Source: an uncultured Actinomycetes bacterium (GTDB taxonomy: Bacteria > Actinomycetota > Thermoleophilia > RBG-16-64-13). Taken from it: a stretch of 64,000 nucleotides of DNA. The stretch covers positions 512,001 to 576,000 of the forward strand of contig CAVPLM010000005.1 of assembly GCA_963706025.1 (NCBI GenBank), written 5' to 3'. The notes beneath the pieces are model-generated. The model saw only the letters and a program-made list of their open reading frames with translations. It had not been told where the DNA came from and did no database searches. The position numbers were made by a program, and so were the translations under genes. Every line of letters begins with the position of its first letter. The first letter of the stretch is position 1. This document shows, piece after piece, positions 1 through 10,052 of the stretch.

Positions 1-461
1 TCCCACCGACTCCTGGCGTCCGACGTGGCCCCCTCGATCTCGATGGAGCGTCTATGAGGACTCTCGTGCCCGATACGAACGATCCAAGAAGGCGGGCCCA
101 GGCGCGCTACACCGGCCTGCGGCCACTCCACCAGAGTCACCGCGTCCGCCCGCACGTACTCCTCAAGGGCAAGGGCATCTTCAGCGCCGATCTCCTCCAA
201 CCGGTAAAGGTCCAGATGTTGCACCGTCACCGAACCGCGATAGATGTTGGCGATGGTGAACGACGGACTCCTGACCGGGTCCGCGACTTCAAGAGCCGAG
301 GCGATCGCACGCACCAACGTGGTCTTACCCGCACCCAAGGGGCCATAGAGAAGAACCAGATCACCAGGAAGAAGCGACCGAGCCAGCCTGTGTCCGATCT
401 TCTCCAGCCTTCTGAGCCTCACACCCTGCTCGCGCAGCACGACCTGACCGGTGGTTACCAC
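1..461 (-). CDS. tsaE: tRNA threonylcarbamoyladenosine biosynthesis ATPase TsaE (3' end runs off the window)
   Basis: Manual translation from GTG at 461, which overlaps the UDG stop: LYGPLGAGKTT Walker A, SPSFTIANIY, HLDLYRL, LVEWP. Not in the ORF track because it has no stop in the window. Confidence 0.9.
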   Translation of the reverse strand, partial: MVTTGQVVLREQGVRLRRLEKIGHRLARSLLPGDLVLLYGPLGAGKTTLVRAIASALEVADPVRSPSFTIANIYRGSVTVQHLDLYRLEEIGAEDALALEEYVRADAVTLVEWPQAGVARLGPPSWIVRIGHESPHRRSIEIEGATSDARSRW

Positions 462-1189
462 AAATGCAGTTGCTCTACGCGTTCCGGAGGTTTTCGAGGC
501 TGCTCGCGCGGGCCGACGTCGGGCCGATCCGAGACCTCCTCCCCACGGTCAGGGCCGGCGTCGGTCGCCTGCACTGGTGACGCCTCCAGACCGTGTTCGA
601 GGAGATGGCGCAGCTTCGCGAAATCCTCTTCCAATACCTGCCGGTTGGCGGGCGTGTACAGGGCTGCCGCCGGATGGAACACCGGGAAGATGACGGTGTC
701 CACGCCGGCCAACAGCCTCTCTTTGGCTTTTCCATGGAGGGCCGTCATGCTGAGTTCGGTTTCTGCCAAAAGCTTGGTGGCAAAGCGACCCAACGTGCAT
801 ATCACCTGGGGCCGGATGGTCGCGACCTGCTTCATCAGGTGGGGGCTGCAGGCATCGATCTCGTCAGGCAGCGGATCGCGATTCTCAGGTGGCCTGCACT
901 TCACCACGTTCGCGATGTACACGTCGTCGCGGGTGAGCCCGATCTGACCGAGCAATTCGGTAAGGAGCTTGCCCGCTTGGCCGACGAAAGGCTCACCCAA
1001 GCGATCTTCGTGGAATCCGGGGCCCTCGCCCACGAACATGAGCTTGGCTTCGGGGTTTCCGACGCCGAACACCACCTGGGTCCGTCCCCGGCTCAGCCCA
1101 CACAACGTACACTCGCGTAAAGACTCCTTCAGCGAGTGCAGGGTCTCGGCTGGGTCCTTACCCCCGTAAGTGATCTCCTCTTCGCTCAT
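455..1189 (-). CDS. Family-4 (Fe-S) uracil-DNA glycosylase
   Basis: [39 protein letters not shown]. Start moved to MSEEE. Confidence 0.93.
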   Translation of the reverse strand: MSEEEITYGGKDPAETLHSLKESLRECTLCGLSRGRTQVVFGVGNPEAKLMFVGEGPGFHEDRLGEPFVGQAGKLLTELLGQIGLTRDDVYIANVVKCRPPENRDPLPDEIDACSPHLMKQVATIRPQVICTLGRFATKLLAETELSMTALHGKAKERLLAGVDTVIFPVFHPAAALYTPANRQVLEEDFAKLRHLLEHGLEASPVQATDAGPDRGEEVSDRPDVGPREQPRKPPERVEQLHLW

Positions 1190-1301
1190 GGTGCCCAGGG
1201 TAGCAGATGACGGTCGCCTGGGAGACCGCCCGGGGGCCCTCTGGATTGCCGTCGGCACCAGCTCTTGTTATGCTACGCGCTCTGGCGGCCGCGAGGATCA
1301 G

Positions 1302-1505
1302 ATGGATGCCTTGACACCGGAAGGCCTACCGCGAGGAGGCGAAGCCGAGGGCATCATCGTTCGCCGATCTCTCCCGGTCCCAGGGAAACGACCGAGCCAC
1401 GTCTGGTATCTGCGGGCAGAACTGGAACAGGCAGGTGTCTCATTAATGCTGCGCCCACATCTGAAGCAGTCGGCGCCAAAGGACCATACGCCCCGGTCCC
1501 GGTGA
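1302..1505 (+). CDS. Small hypothetical protein (67 aa)
   Basis: GAGGA RBS before ATG 1302; its stop overlaps the next start codon (GTGA). Confidence 0.45.
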   Translation: MDALTPEGLPRGGEAEGIIVRRSLPVPGKRPSHVWYLRAELEQAGVSLMLRPHLKQSAPKDHTPRSR

Positions 1506-2890
1506 TCGATCTCACCACTTCTCAGTTCGCGGTGATCGGCGCCGGGCGTCTTGGCTCCAGTCTTGCCCTCGCCCTGCGTTCTCGGGGTGCACACCTCGCC
1601 GGCTTCACCTGTCGGTCGCCGGAAGGCCGCTCCCGGGCAGAAGCCCGGCTGGGACAACGAGCGAGCGCCGACATCCACGAGCTGGTGTCTTGCTCGCCCC
1701 ATCTCTATTTCATCGCCGTGCCCGACGACGTCCTGCCCGAGGTGGCCGACGAGCTAGGCGGGGAACTGGGCTCGGCTAGGGCGGTGAATCGCGACGCGCC
1801 GCTGGTGCTCCACACCAGCGGCGCCACGTCGGTCGCGGTCCTGTCCCCCTGCGAGCAGGCCGGGGCCGTCACTCTCGTCTTTCATCCTTTGCAGACCTTT
1901 CCCGACCCGGTCGGCGGAGCGAACCGCTTCGCCGGCGCGGCGATCGCCGTCACTCCTGCTTGCGGAGGCGTGGACTCGCCCGGGGCTTCGTTCGGTTTCG
2001 CGCTCGCGCGGTCGCTGGGAGCCCGGCCCTTCTTCCTCTCGGATGACAAGCGCAGCCTGTATCATGCCGCAGCCACCCTGGCCTGCAACTACTTCGTCAC
2101 CCTCGAGCACCAGGCGGAGCAGCTCTTCATCAAGGCGGGGCTGGACGAACAGGAGGCGCTGGCCCTCTTCTTGCCGCTGGTCAACGCGACGCTCGAGAAC
2201 CTTCGCTCTCAGGGTTCGGTGGCGGCCTTGACCGGACCGCTGAGCCGGGGAGACGCGCATACGGTCGGTCTGCACCTTACCGCTCTGGCGAACGAGGCAC
2301 CCCGCCTGCTCCCCCTCTACCGGGTCCTCGGCCTGGCCACTCTCGATCTCGTCCGGGCCCGCGGCGACGTCGACCCCTCGGTGATCGCCGAACTCACGGA
2401 TTTGTTAGGCAGACACACAGACGGAGAGGATCCTAGTATGACAGCGGCAACTACGGTTTCGGGTCCGGTAACGGTGGTCACCGACCGCCTGTATTTCGAG
2501 ACTCAGGGGAACGCCGACATGGTCAACCTCACCGACAAGGTACGCCGGCTCGTAGAGGCGACCGGCCTCCAGGCCGGCACGGTCACTGTGTTCTTCCCGG
2601 GAGCCACCGGGGCCGTCACCACGCTCGAGTTCGAGCCGGGGGTGGTGCAGGATTTCCGGAACCTGTTCGACAGGATAAGCTCCCCGGCGGAGCACTACGA
2701 GCACAACGTTACCCACCCCGATTTGAACGGTCATGCTCACGTCCGGGCAGGGCTCTTGGGTCCCTCTCTGGTCGTGCCTTTCGATGACGACGGACTCTGC
2801 CTCGGCCGCTGGCAGGAGATCTGTTTCGTCTGTTTCGACAACCGTCTCCGGGAACGCACGGTCATAGTTCAGACTCTTGGCGTTCGCTAA
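1502..2890 (+). CDS. Rossmann-like/DUF2520 oxidoreductase (PanG-like) fused in frame to a YjbQ/UPF0047 domain
   Basis: IGAGRLG, HTSGA, FHPLQTF, YHAAA, LTGPLSRGD, followed with no stop by YjbQ motifs (GATGAVTTLEFEP, NGHAHVRA, LGRWQEI). Internal RBS and ATG at 2438. Confidence 0.85.
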   Translation: MIDLTTSQFAVIGAGRLGSSLALALRSRGAHLAGFTCRSPEGRSRAEARLGQRASADIHELVSCSPHLYFIAVPDDVLPEVADELGGELGSARAVNRDAPLVLHTSGATSVAVLSPCEQAGAVTLVFHPLQTFPDPVGGANRFAGAAIAVTPACGGVDSPGASFGFALARSLGARPFFLSDDKRSLYHAAATLACNYFVTLEHQAEQLFIKAGLDEQEALALFLPLVNATLENLRSQGSVAALTGPLSRGDAHTVGLHLTALANEAPRLLPLYRVLGLATLDLVRARGDVDPSVIAELTDLLGRHTDGEDPSMTAATTVSGPVTVVTDRLYFETQGNADMVNLTDKVRRLVEATGLQAGTVTVFFPGATGAVTTLEFEPGVVQDFRNLFDRISSPAEHYEHNVTHPDLNGHAHVRAGLLGPSLVVPFDDDGLCLGRWQEICFVCFDNRLRERTVIVQTLGVR

Positions 2891-2925
2891 GAAGGTTCCG
2901 CTATCTATACGAGGAGGACGACCTC

Positions 2926-4212
2926 ATGAAACCGGTACTGCAATTGGCTCTCGACTTCGTCGACCTCCCCCGCGCCCTGCAGGTGGCCGAAGAAGCGATC
3001 GCCGGAGGGGCGGACTGGCTGGAAGCCGGCACTCCTCTGATCAAGAGCGAAGGTCTGCAGGCCATCCGTGAGCTCAAGGCCCGTTGGCCCGACGTCACCA
3101 TAGTCGCCGATATGAAGACCATGGACGCAGGCCGCACGGAAGTGGAGTGCGCCGCCAAAGCCGGCGCCCGAGTGGTGGGAGTGCTGGGCGCGGCTTCAGA
3201 CGCCACCATCGCGGAGTGCGTGGAGGCTGCCCGCAACTACGGGGCCGAGATCGTCGTGGACATGATCCAGGTGCCCGATGTGGTGGCTCGCTGCATAGCC
3301 GTCCAGGAGACGGGCGCCAGCTACGTGGGCATCCATGTCGCCATCGACGAGCAGATGCAGGGCAAGGCTCCCTGGGATACGTTGCGGGAGGTAGCCAGGG
3401 CCGTGTCGATACCGGTGGCCGTGGCGGGAGGCATCAACTCCGAGACCGCTCCCCTCGCTCTGCAGGCTGGGGCTTCCATCGTAGTCGTGGGCGGCGCCAT
3501 CACCAAGGCCGTCGATGCCACGGCCGCTACCAAAGCGGTGAAGCAGGCCATGGAGACGCTGTTGTCTGTGAAATCGGAGTACTTCGTGCGGGCCACCGGC
3601 CCTGATCTGCGCAAGATGCTGACCCGCGTGTCGACGGCCAACGTCTCCGACGCCCTGCATCGTACCGGAGACCTCCCCGGGCTGCGGCCGTTGACCCCTG
3701 GGTCCAAGCTGGTCGGACCCGCGCTCACCGTCCGCACCGCCCCTGGTGACTGGGCCAAACCAGTGGAGGCTATCGACAAGGCCGAGCCGGGGGACGTCCT
3801 GGTCATCGACGCAGGCGGCGTCCTCCCCGCGGTATGGGGAGAACTGGCCACCAACTCGGCGATAGAGAGAGGGGTGGCCGGAGTGGTCATCTTCGGAGCG
3901 GCCCGTGACACCGGCGATATCCGGTCCCTCGGCTTCCCGCTTTTCTCCACTCTGGTGTCCCCCACTGCCGGGGAAGCCAAGGGCTTCGGCGAGATCGGCG
4001 TGCCGGTCCGTATCGCGGGAGTGCGCGTTTGCCCCGGCGACTGGATCGTCGGGGACGACGACGGTGTGTGCGTCATCCCTCGGGAGAAGGCAGTGGAGTA
4101 CACCAACCGGGCCATGGACGTGCTCGAAAGGGAGAACCGTCTCCGCTCGGAGATCCAGGCCGGCAGCACTCTCAGTCAGGTGGGCTACCTGCTTAGGTGG
4201 GAGAAGAAGTGA
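2926..4212 (+). CDS. hxlA: 3-hexulose-6-phosphate synthase fused to an RraA/MenG-like domain
   Basis: LQLALD, EAGTPLIKSEG, VADMKTMDAG, AVAGGI; C-terminal TANVSDAL, AVWGELA, PGDWIVGDDDGV. Confidence 0.9.
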   Translation: MKPVLQLALDFVDLPRALQVAEEAIAGGADWLEAGTPLIKSEGLQAIRELKARWPDVTIVADMKTMDAGRTEVECAAKAGARVVGVLGAASDATIAECVEAARNYGAEIVVDMIQVPDVVARCIAVQETGASYVGIHVAIDEQMQGKAPWDTLREVARAVSIPVAVAGGINSETAPLALQAGASIVVVGGAITKAVDATAATKAVKQAMETLLSVKSEYFVRATGPDLRKMLTRVSTANVSDALHRTGDLPGLRPLTPGSKLVGPALTVRTAPGDWAKPVEAIDKAEPGDVLVIDAGGVLPAVWGELATNSAIERGVAGVVIFGAARDTGDIRSLGFPLFSTLVSPTAGEAKGFGEIGVPVRIAGVRVCPGDWIVGDDDGVCVIPREKAVEYTNRAMDVLERENRLRSEIQAGSTLSQVGYLLRWEKK

Positions 4213-4268
4213 ACAACGTCCCTCACGACTGCGCGCGCTGCTGATACGTCGGGGGAACGACGGCTCCC

Positions 4269-4847
4269 ATGTCCATATTCCGGTGGACCGCCCCCATCTT
4301 CAAGCTGACCGGAGGTCGCTGGTCGGAAGATGACTTCCGGGTGGTGGCGGGGTGGCTCCGGCCCTTCGTGACTCCCAACGGGGTATTCATGGACCTTGGA
4401 GGCGGGACCGGCTACCTGGGCGCCGGCGTGGCCCGGGCCCTCCACGCCCAGGTGGTGATCGTCGACTCCACCCCACAGATGCTGGCCCGTGTTCCGGCGC
4501 AGACCCTTGTCTCCGTGCGACTCGCGGCCGCGGAGGAACTGCCGTTCCCCGACGCCCACTTCGATGCCGTCCTCTGCTCCGACGCCTTCCACCATTTCCG
4601 TGATACAGAAGCGGCGGTCCGTGAGATCAGGCGCACCGTCCGGCCGGGCGGAGGAGTGGTGATACTGGAGATGGATAGGACCGGAGGTGGACGCCTCATT
4701 GCCGCCCTCGAACGGCTGGTAGGGGAACCGGCCGGATTCAGGACCCCCGTCGAGCTACAAGAATACCTGGCGGCCCGCGGTGTATTCGGGACCAGCGCCC
4801 CCCAGGGTCGGATCAGCTACGCCTTCATCGGAGCCGTTCACGATTGA
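4269..4847 (+). CDS. Class I SAM-dependent methyltransferase
   Basis: MDLGGGTG, AEELPFPDAHFDAV, VRPGG. Confidence 0.85.
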   Translation: MSIFRWTAPIFKLTGGRWSEDDFRVVAGWLRPFVTPNGVFMDLGGGTGYLGAGVARALHAQVVIVDSTPQMLARVPAQTLVSVRLAAAEELPFPDAHFDAVLCSDAFHHFRDTEAAVREIRRTVRPGGGVVILEMDRTGGGRLIAALERLVGEPAGFRTPVELQEYLAARGVFGTSAPQGRISYAFIGAVHD

Positions 4848-4909
4848 CAGAGGGTGGCGGTAAGCTGGCGTCGGAAAGACCGAGCGCATTGCGGGATAGG
4901 AGAGGTGCC

Positions 4910-5761
4910 ATGACCGATATACCGACCACGCCGATCACGGGGGCGACAGCTCTCGCCGGCCAGACCGCCCTGGTCACGGGCGCCGGCAGCCCTGCAGGCA
5001 TCGGTTTTGCCACCGCCCGGCTCTTGGGCGGTATGGGAGCAGCGGTGGCGGTGGCCTCGACCACCGAGCGAATACACGAACGCGCCGCCGAGCTGAAGAG
5101 CGAGGGCGTCGAGGCCTTAGGCCTGGTGGCCGACCTGACCGAACCGTCCCAAGTGGCAGCCCTGGCGGCCGCTGTGGGGGCGTGGCGCCCGGCAGTCGAC
5201 ATCGTTGTCAACAACGCCGGCATGGTCTCGCTCATCAGCGGCTGGGATGCCGAGAAGCCCCTCGAGGACCTGACCCTCGCCGAATGGGATGAGGCGCTCG
5301 CCCGGAATCTGCGTACCGCCTTCCTGGTGACACAAGCCTTCCTGCCTGGGATGAAAGCCCGCAAGTACGGAAGGATAGTGTACGTATCGTCGACTACGGG
5401 ACCTTTGGTGGCGATGCCTCTCCAGTCCACCTATGCGACCGCCAAGGCCGCCATGGTGGGGCTAACACGTGCCCTGGCCCTCGAGGTGGCCCAGGCCGGC
5501 ATCACGGTCAACGCCGTGGGTCCGGGATGGATCGCAACCGCCTCGGCCACCCCTGCCGAGGCGGAGGCTGCTCTGGCGTCACCGCTGCGTCGAGCCGGGA
5601 CCCCGAACGAAGTCGCCGCGCTCATCGCCTTCTTGGCTTCGCCGGCGGCCTCATACGTGACCGGGCAACTGGTGATCGTCGACGGGGGCAATTCGATCAT
5701 CGAGGACAAAAGCTCGTCTCACAATGACGCTTTACCGAATGGGTGCGATCGGCACGAGTGA
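4910..5761 (+). CDS. SDR family NAD(P)-dependent oxidoreductase
   Basis: LVTGAGSPAGIG, VNNAG, YATAK, VDGG. The C-terminal tail is encoded by a repeat copy. Confidence 0.9.
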   Translation: MTDIPTTPITGATALAGQTALVTGAGSPAGIGFATARLLGGMGAAVAVASTTERIHERAAELKSEGVEALGLVADLTEPSQVAALAAAVGAWRPAVDIVVNNAGMVSLISGWDAEKPLEDLTLAEWDEALARNLRTAFLVTQAFLPGMKARKYGRIVYVSSTTGPLVAMPLQSTYATAKAAMVGLTRALALEVAQAGITVNAVGPGWIATASATPAEAEAALASPLRRAGTPNEVAALIAFLASPAASYVTGQLVIVDGGNSIIEDKSSSHNDALPNGCDRHE

Positions 5762-5769
5762 GGCGAGGA
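5711..5769 (+). repeat. Degenerate partial copy of the MITE left end
   Basis: agctcgtctcacaatgacgctttaccgaatgggtgcgatcggcacgagtgaggcgagga aligns with 32122-32180. Confidence 0.75.
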
Positions 5770-5831
5770 GCTCTAAGGCCCACCCCTGAGCTTCGCCGCC
5801 GATTCTGCTGCTCGATTCGGGTGGCCGGACC

Positions 5832-6680
5832 TCAGCCGGCCAACGTGATGTTGTCGATCAGCCTCGTATCGCCGAACCAGACCGCCACAGCGATAAGACA
5901 CTCTCCCCTCACGGTCACTACCGGCGAGAGATCGGCCTTGTTGACTATCTCCACGTAATCGATCCGCCCCAGAGTCGCTTCGGCCAACACCGAGCGCACG
6001 GTGCCGTCCAGCACGGCTGCGTCACGCTCGCCGCCGTGTAGCAGCTCTCTCGCTGCCAGGAGTGCGCGGTAGAGAACGGGAGCTTCCTGCCGCTGCTCGG
6101 CGGTCAGGCGCGCATTGCGTGAGCTCAGGGCCAGACCGTCCGCCTCGCGTACGGTGGGACAGGGAACGATTTCCACCGCCAAGTTGAGATCGCGCGCCAT
6201 CCGCGTGACCACCACCAGTTGCTGGGCGTCCTTCTCGCCGAAATAGGCCCGGTCCGGACGGCAGATGTTGAGGAGTTTCGTCACCACGGTGCACACCCCG
6301 CGGAAGTGCCCGGGCCTTGATCTTCCACAGAGCCCGGCGGTCAGTCCCTCCAGATCCACCCACGTAGAGTAGCCTTCCGGGTACATCTCGAGCACGGATG
6401 GAGCGAAGATCAGGTCCGCCCCCGCCGCCGCGGCCAAATCTCGATCGTGCTCCAAAGGCCTGGGGTAGTGCCGCAGGTCCTCGCCCTGCCCGAACTGCGT
6501 CGGATTGACGAATATCGACACGATGACGACCCCGCCGTCCGCCCTGGCCTTGCGAATCAGAGAGAGGTGTCCCTCGTGCAGCGCCCCCATGGTGGGCACC
6601 AGTCCCACCGTCAGTCCGCGGGCGCGCGCCTGCTCGAGCGCGGCCCGCGTCGCAGCAGTGGTCGTCAGACAGCGGCTCAC
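5832..6680 (-). CDS. panC: Pantoate--beta-alanine ligase
   Basis: VPTMGALHEGH, SIFVNPTQF, RPGHFRGV, FGEKDAQQ, LSSRN, RLIDN. Confidence 0.97.
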   Translation of the reverse strand: MSRCLTTTAATRAALEQARARGLTVGLVPTMGALHEGHLSLIRKARADGGVVIVSIFVNPTQFGQGEDLRHYPRPLEHDRDLAAAAGADLIFAPSVLEMYPEGYSTWVDLEGLTAGLCGRSRPGHFRGVCTVVTKLLNICRPDRAYFGEKDAQQLVVVTRMARDLNLAVEIVPCPTVREADGLALSSRNARLTAEQRQEAPVLYRALLAARELLHGGERDAAVLDGTVRSVLAEATLGRIDYVEIVNKADLSPVVTVRGECLIAVAVWFGDTRLIDNITLAG

Positions 6681-7639
6681 GTCACGGACGCAAGGTCCTT
6701 CAAGGCCGGTGCTCCGCCGAGACCTTCCGCCACCCTCACTGCCCTACGAATGCTCATCGCCACAGCCTCGGCTGCGGCAGCCCCCACCTGGAACACGTTT
6801 GACGGTCTCTCGCCGGTGGCGAGAACGAACACGCAGTCCCCATCGACCGGCGTATGCACCGGATTGATCGCCCGGCCAAGTCCATCGTGACTCATCCGCG
6901 CCACGATCGAGCAATGCAGCTTGTCCATCTTGGCGTCGGTCAGGACGACCGACAGTGTGGTGCTCTCCATTGCCGCGAACGTCGGCGCCTCAGGCAAGGA
7001 AAGCAATAGTCTCGCGCTGTCCACGAAGGCATTGTCTCGCCTGGCACCGGCGAGGATGGCGCCATTTTCAGCGATTACGTCCCCGAGGGCGTTGACGACG
7101 GTCAAGGCGGCGACCGTCACCCCCCCGCCCAGAACCACAGTGGACAAGGCCAGGCCTCCCTTCATGAGACCACCCGCGCCCAGGATCTTGCCGACCGTGG
7201 CCCCGGTGCCGGCGCCCACCGAGCCCTCCTCGACGTGGAACCCCGCCGAATCGCAGGCCTGGTAGGCGTCCTCGTAGCTTGGGCAGGCCTGCGCGCTACC
7301 CAGTCCCAAGTCGTATATGACGGCCGCCGCCACCAGAGGAACCCGGGCGTACGGGGTGCGGTAACCGCAACCGCCCTCGCGCAGAAACGCAGTCACACCG
7401 GCGGCCGCCCCCAGCCCAGGGGCGCTCCCACCGGTCAGCAACACGGCGTGGATCTCGCCGACTGCGGCAAACGGCGACAGCAAAGCCGTCTCCAGAGTCC
7501 CCGGCGCACCGCCACGGATATCTACAGAGGCCGTCACCCCGGCAGGAGTGAGGATCACCGTGCATCCCGTCAGGCCCTCACGGTCAGAGAAATGACCGAC
7601 TGAGATCCCTTCCACCGGGAGCGCCAATGTCATGTCCAA
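6677..7639 (-). CDS. P1/S58 (DmpA-like) peptidase
   Basis: [39 protein letters not shown]. Confidence 0.88.
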   Translation of the reverse strand: MDMTLALPVEGISVGHFSDREGLTGCTVILTPAGVTASVDIRGGAPGTLETALLSPFAAVGEIHAVLLTGGSAPGLGAAAGVTAFLREGGCGYRTPYARVPLVAAAVIYDLGLGSAQACPSYEDAYQACDSAGFHVEEGSVGAGTGATVGKILGAGGLMKGGLALSTVVLGGGVTVAALTVVNALGDVIAENGAILAGARRDNAFVDSARLLLSLPEAPTFAAMESTTLSVVLTDAKMDKLHCSIVARMSHDGLGRAINPVHTPVDGDCVFVLATGERPSNVFQVGAAAAEAVAMSIRRAVRVAEGLGGAPALKDLASVT

Positions 7640-7691
7640 ACCCGTCCCTCGAGCCGATGCCTGCCGGCCTTCACCCGACCCATCCCGGCCG

Positions 7692-8993
7692 TCACCGGGT
7701 GTTCTTCCGCATGCCCTCGAGGAACTCCGGGTTGGACTTGGTCTCTTTCAGCTTGTCGATGAGCAACTCAATAGCCGCATTGGGATCGAGCGCATGCAGC
7801 ACCGCCCTAAGCTTCCACACCATCTTCGCCTCGGCCGGGTCCATCAACAGCTCTTCTTTGCGCGTGCCGGAGTTCTCGATGTCGATGGCCGGGAAGATCC
7901 GCTTGTTGGCCAGTTGGCGAGTCAGACGTACCTCCCAGTTGCCTGTGCCCTTGAACTCCTCGAAGATGACCTCGTCCATCCGCGACCCCGTCTCGACCAG
8001 CGCTGTCGCCAGAATGGTAAGAGAGCCTCCTTCCTCGATATTCCGCGCCGCCCCGAAAAACTTCTTGGGTGGATAGAGAGCCGTCGAGTCGACCCCGCCC
8101 GAGAGTATGCGGCCGCTGGCCGGAGCCTGCAGGTTGTAGGCTCGGGCCATGCGGGTGATCGAATCCAGAAGGACCACCACGTCCTTGCCCACTTCCACCA
8201 GGCGTTTGACCCGTTCCAGCACCAGTTCGGTCACCTGCACGTGGTTCTCCCCCGGCTGATCGAAGGTCGAGCTCACCACCTCGCCGGTCACTGTGCGCTC
8301 CATGTCGGTGACCTCTTCCGGGCGCTCGTCCACGAGCAGCACCAGAAGGTGAACCTCCGGATTGTTGGTGGCGATGGCGTTGGCGATGTCCTTCAGGATG
8401 GTGGTCTTTCCCGCCTTGGGAGGGGAGACGATCAGCCCCCGCTGCCCCTTGCCGATGGGACTCAGCAGATCCATCACCCGGGCGGCTATCCGGTCGGGCG
8501 TCGTCTCCAGCCGCAGGCGTTCGTCAGGAAAGAGCGGCGTCAACGAGTCGAAGGTGGGGCGGTGACGAGCCTGTTCGGGATCGATGCCGTTCACCGATTG
8601 GATCTTGAGCAAGGCATGGTACTTCTCGTTGTCACGCGGGGTGCGCACCTGCCCCGTGATCTCGTCGCCCCGGCGCAATTTGAAACGCCGTATCTGCGAC
8701 AGCGACACGTAGATATCGGAGTCCGACTGCGTATAGCCCTGCGTGCGCAGGAACCCATAGCCATCGGGCAGTATGTCGAGCAACCCTGTGCGAAAATGCA
8801 GGCCCCGGTCCTGAGATTGCTCGTTTAGGATCTTCATGATCAGATCCTGCTTCGAGTACTTCCGGTAATTCTTGATACCCAGCTCGCCCGCGACCATGTG
8901 CAAGTCGGAGAGGAGCTTGGGCTCCAATTCGGCTAGGGACATCGTCTTACTTCCCACTGTTGGCTCATGTTCACCGTCCTTATGTTCGTTCAC
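7692..8993 (-). CDS. rho: Transcription termination factor Rho
   Basis: [43 protein letters not shown]. Confidence 0.98.
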   Translation of the reverse strand: MNEHKDGEHEPTVGSKTMSLAELEPKLLSDLHMVAGELGIKNYRKYSKQDLIMKILNEQSQDRGLHFRTGLLDILPDGYGFLRTQGYTQSDSDIYVSLSQIRRFKLRRGDEITGQVRTPRDNEKYHALLKIQSVNGIDPEQARHRPTFDSLTPLFPDERLRLETTPDRIAARVMDLLSPIGKGQRGLIVSPPKAGKTTILKDIANAIATNNPEVHLLVLLVDERPEEVTDMERTVTGEVVSSTFDQPGENHVQVTELVLERVKRLVEVGKDVVVLLDSITRMARAYNLQAPASGRILSGGVDSTALYPPKKFFGAARNIEEGGSLTILATALVETGSRMDEVIFEEFKGTGNWEVRLTRQLANKRIFPAIDIENSGTRKEELLMDPAEAKMVWKLRAVLHALDPNAAIELLIDKLKETKSNPEFLEGMRKNTR

Positions 8994-9038
8994 GTTGGCT
9001 TGTCTTCTCTCCTGGTCGTCAGCTCTTCGGTCCCGCTG

Positions 9039-10052
9039 CTATCTCGCGTCTAGGCTCACCCGCGGCCCTCCGTTACCCGCCCGGTGTATCGTCCTTACCA
9101 CACGTATCGCGTGACAGCGGGAGCAGAGAAGAAGCGTCTCGGAGCGTACTCCGTCGGAGCGGACATCTATGCCCCGCAGGAATCTGCCTCCGGTGACCGC
9201 GGTGGCCACGAATAGCACGCCATCTCCGGCCATGTCGCTCGTGGTCAGACGCGTCTCGATGTCCTCGATACCCGCGATCCTCACCTGCTCAACCTGATGA
9301 CGGGAGACCGGCCAGAAGCGGGCCTGCATCTCGCCCCCCAGACAGCGCAGGGCCGCGGCCGTCATGATGCCTTCGGTGGAGCCTCCGATGCCCACATACA
9401 AGTCGACACCGGCATCTCGCGTCGCCGCAGCGATGCCCGCCGACACGTCACCGTCCGCTATGAGTCTGAGCCGCGCGCCTGAACGCCTGATCTGAGCTAT
9501 CAGATCCTCATGGCGTGGCCGGTCGAGGACGACCACGTTGAGGTCGGCGGGCCGCCGTCCGAGGGCGGCGGCCACTGCGTTGATATTGTCGCCCATGGGA
9601 GCGTCGATGTCGATGGCCGCGGCCGCCTCACCGGCCACGATCAGCTTCTGCATGTACATCTCCGGCACGGCCATGATGCTGCCAGGCGGTCCGGCGGCCA
9701 GCATGCACAAGGCACCGTCCAGGCCGTGCCCCAGGGCGGCATGGCCCTCCAGCGGGTCCACCGCCAGATCCCATATCCCCTGTGGGTCTTCTTCGCTCCC
9801 CGGACCCACTTCGTGGCCCACTTCGTCTCCCACACACAGAGCACTGGACGGCTCTGTGGCTCCGTGACCGGTCACCACCCGTGCCTTGAACGGTGCCGGC
9901 ATCTGAGCAAGCTCAGCCGCCATGGCCTCTCTCGCGGCCTCGTCGCCAAGCAGGCCATCTCCCCTGCCTGCCCACTCGGCAGCCGCAAGACCACCGGCTT
10001 CCGTTACCAGCGCGAAGCGACCACAAATGCACCGTCCCTCAATAGTCCCCAC
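9039..10052 (-). CDS. glpX: Class II fructose-1,6-bisphosphatase (GlpX) family protein with a divergent active site
   Basis: VTEAGGLAA, AVDPLEG, YMQKL, LDRPRH, DGDV, GIGGSTEG, FVATAVT. Start set at GTG 10052, after a GAGGAG RBS. Confidence 0.8.
   Translation of the reverse strand: MGTIEGRCICGRFALVTEAGGLAAAEWAGRGDGLLGDEAAREAMAAELAQMPAPFKARVVTGHGATEPSSALCVGDEVGHEVGPGSEEDPQGIWDLAVDPLEGHAALGHGLDGALCMLAAGPPGSIMAVPEMYMQKLIVAGEAAAAIDIDAPMGDNINAVAAALGRRPADLNVVVLDRPRHEDLIAQIRRSGARLRLIADGDVSAGIAAATRDAGVDLYVGIGGSTEGIMTAAALRCLGGEMQARFWPVSRHQVEQVRIAGIEDIETRLTTSDMAGDGVLFVATAVTGGRFLRGIDVRSDGVRSETLLLCSRCHAIRVVRTIHRAGNGGPRVSLDAR

Noticed and set aside
54-947. 297-aa plus-strand ORF at the window start
   Set aside because: It is antisense to tsaE and the UDG gene, which have clear motifs.
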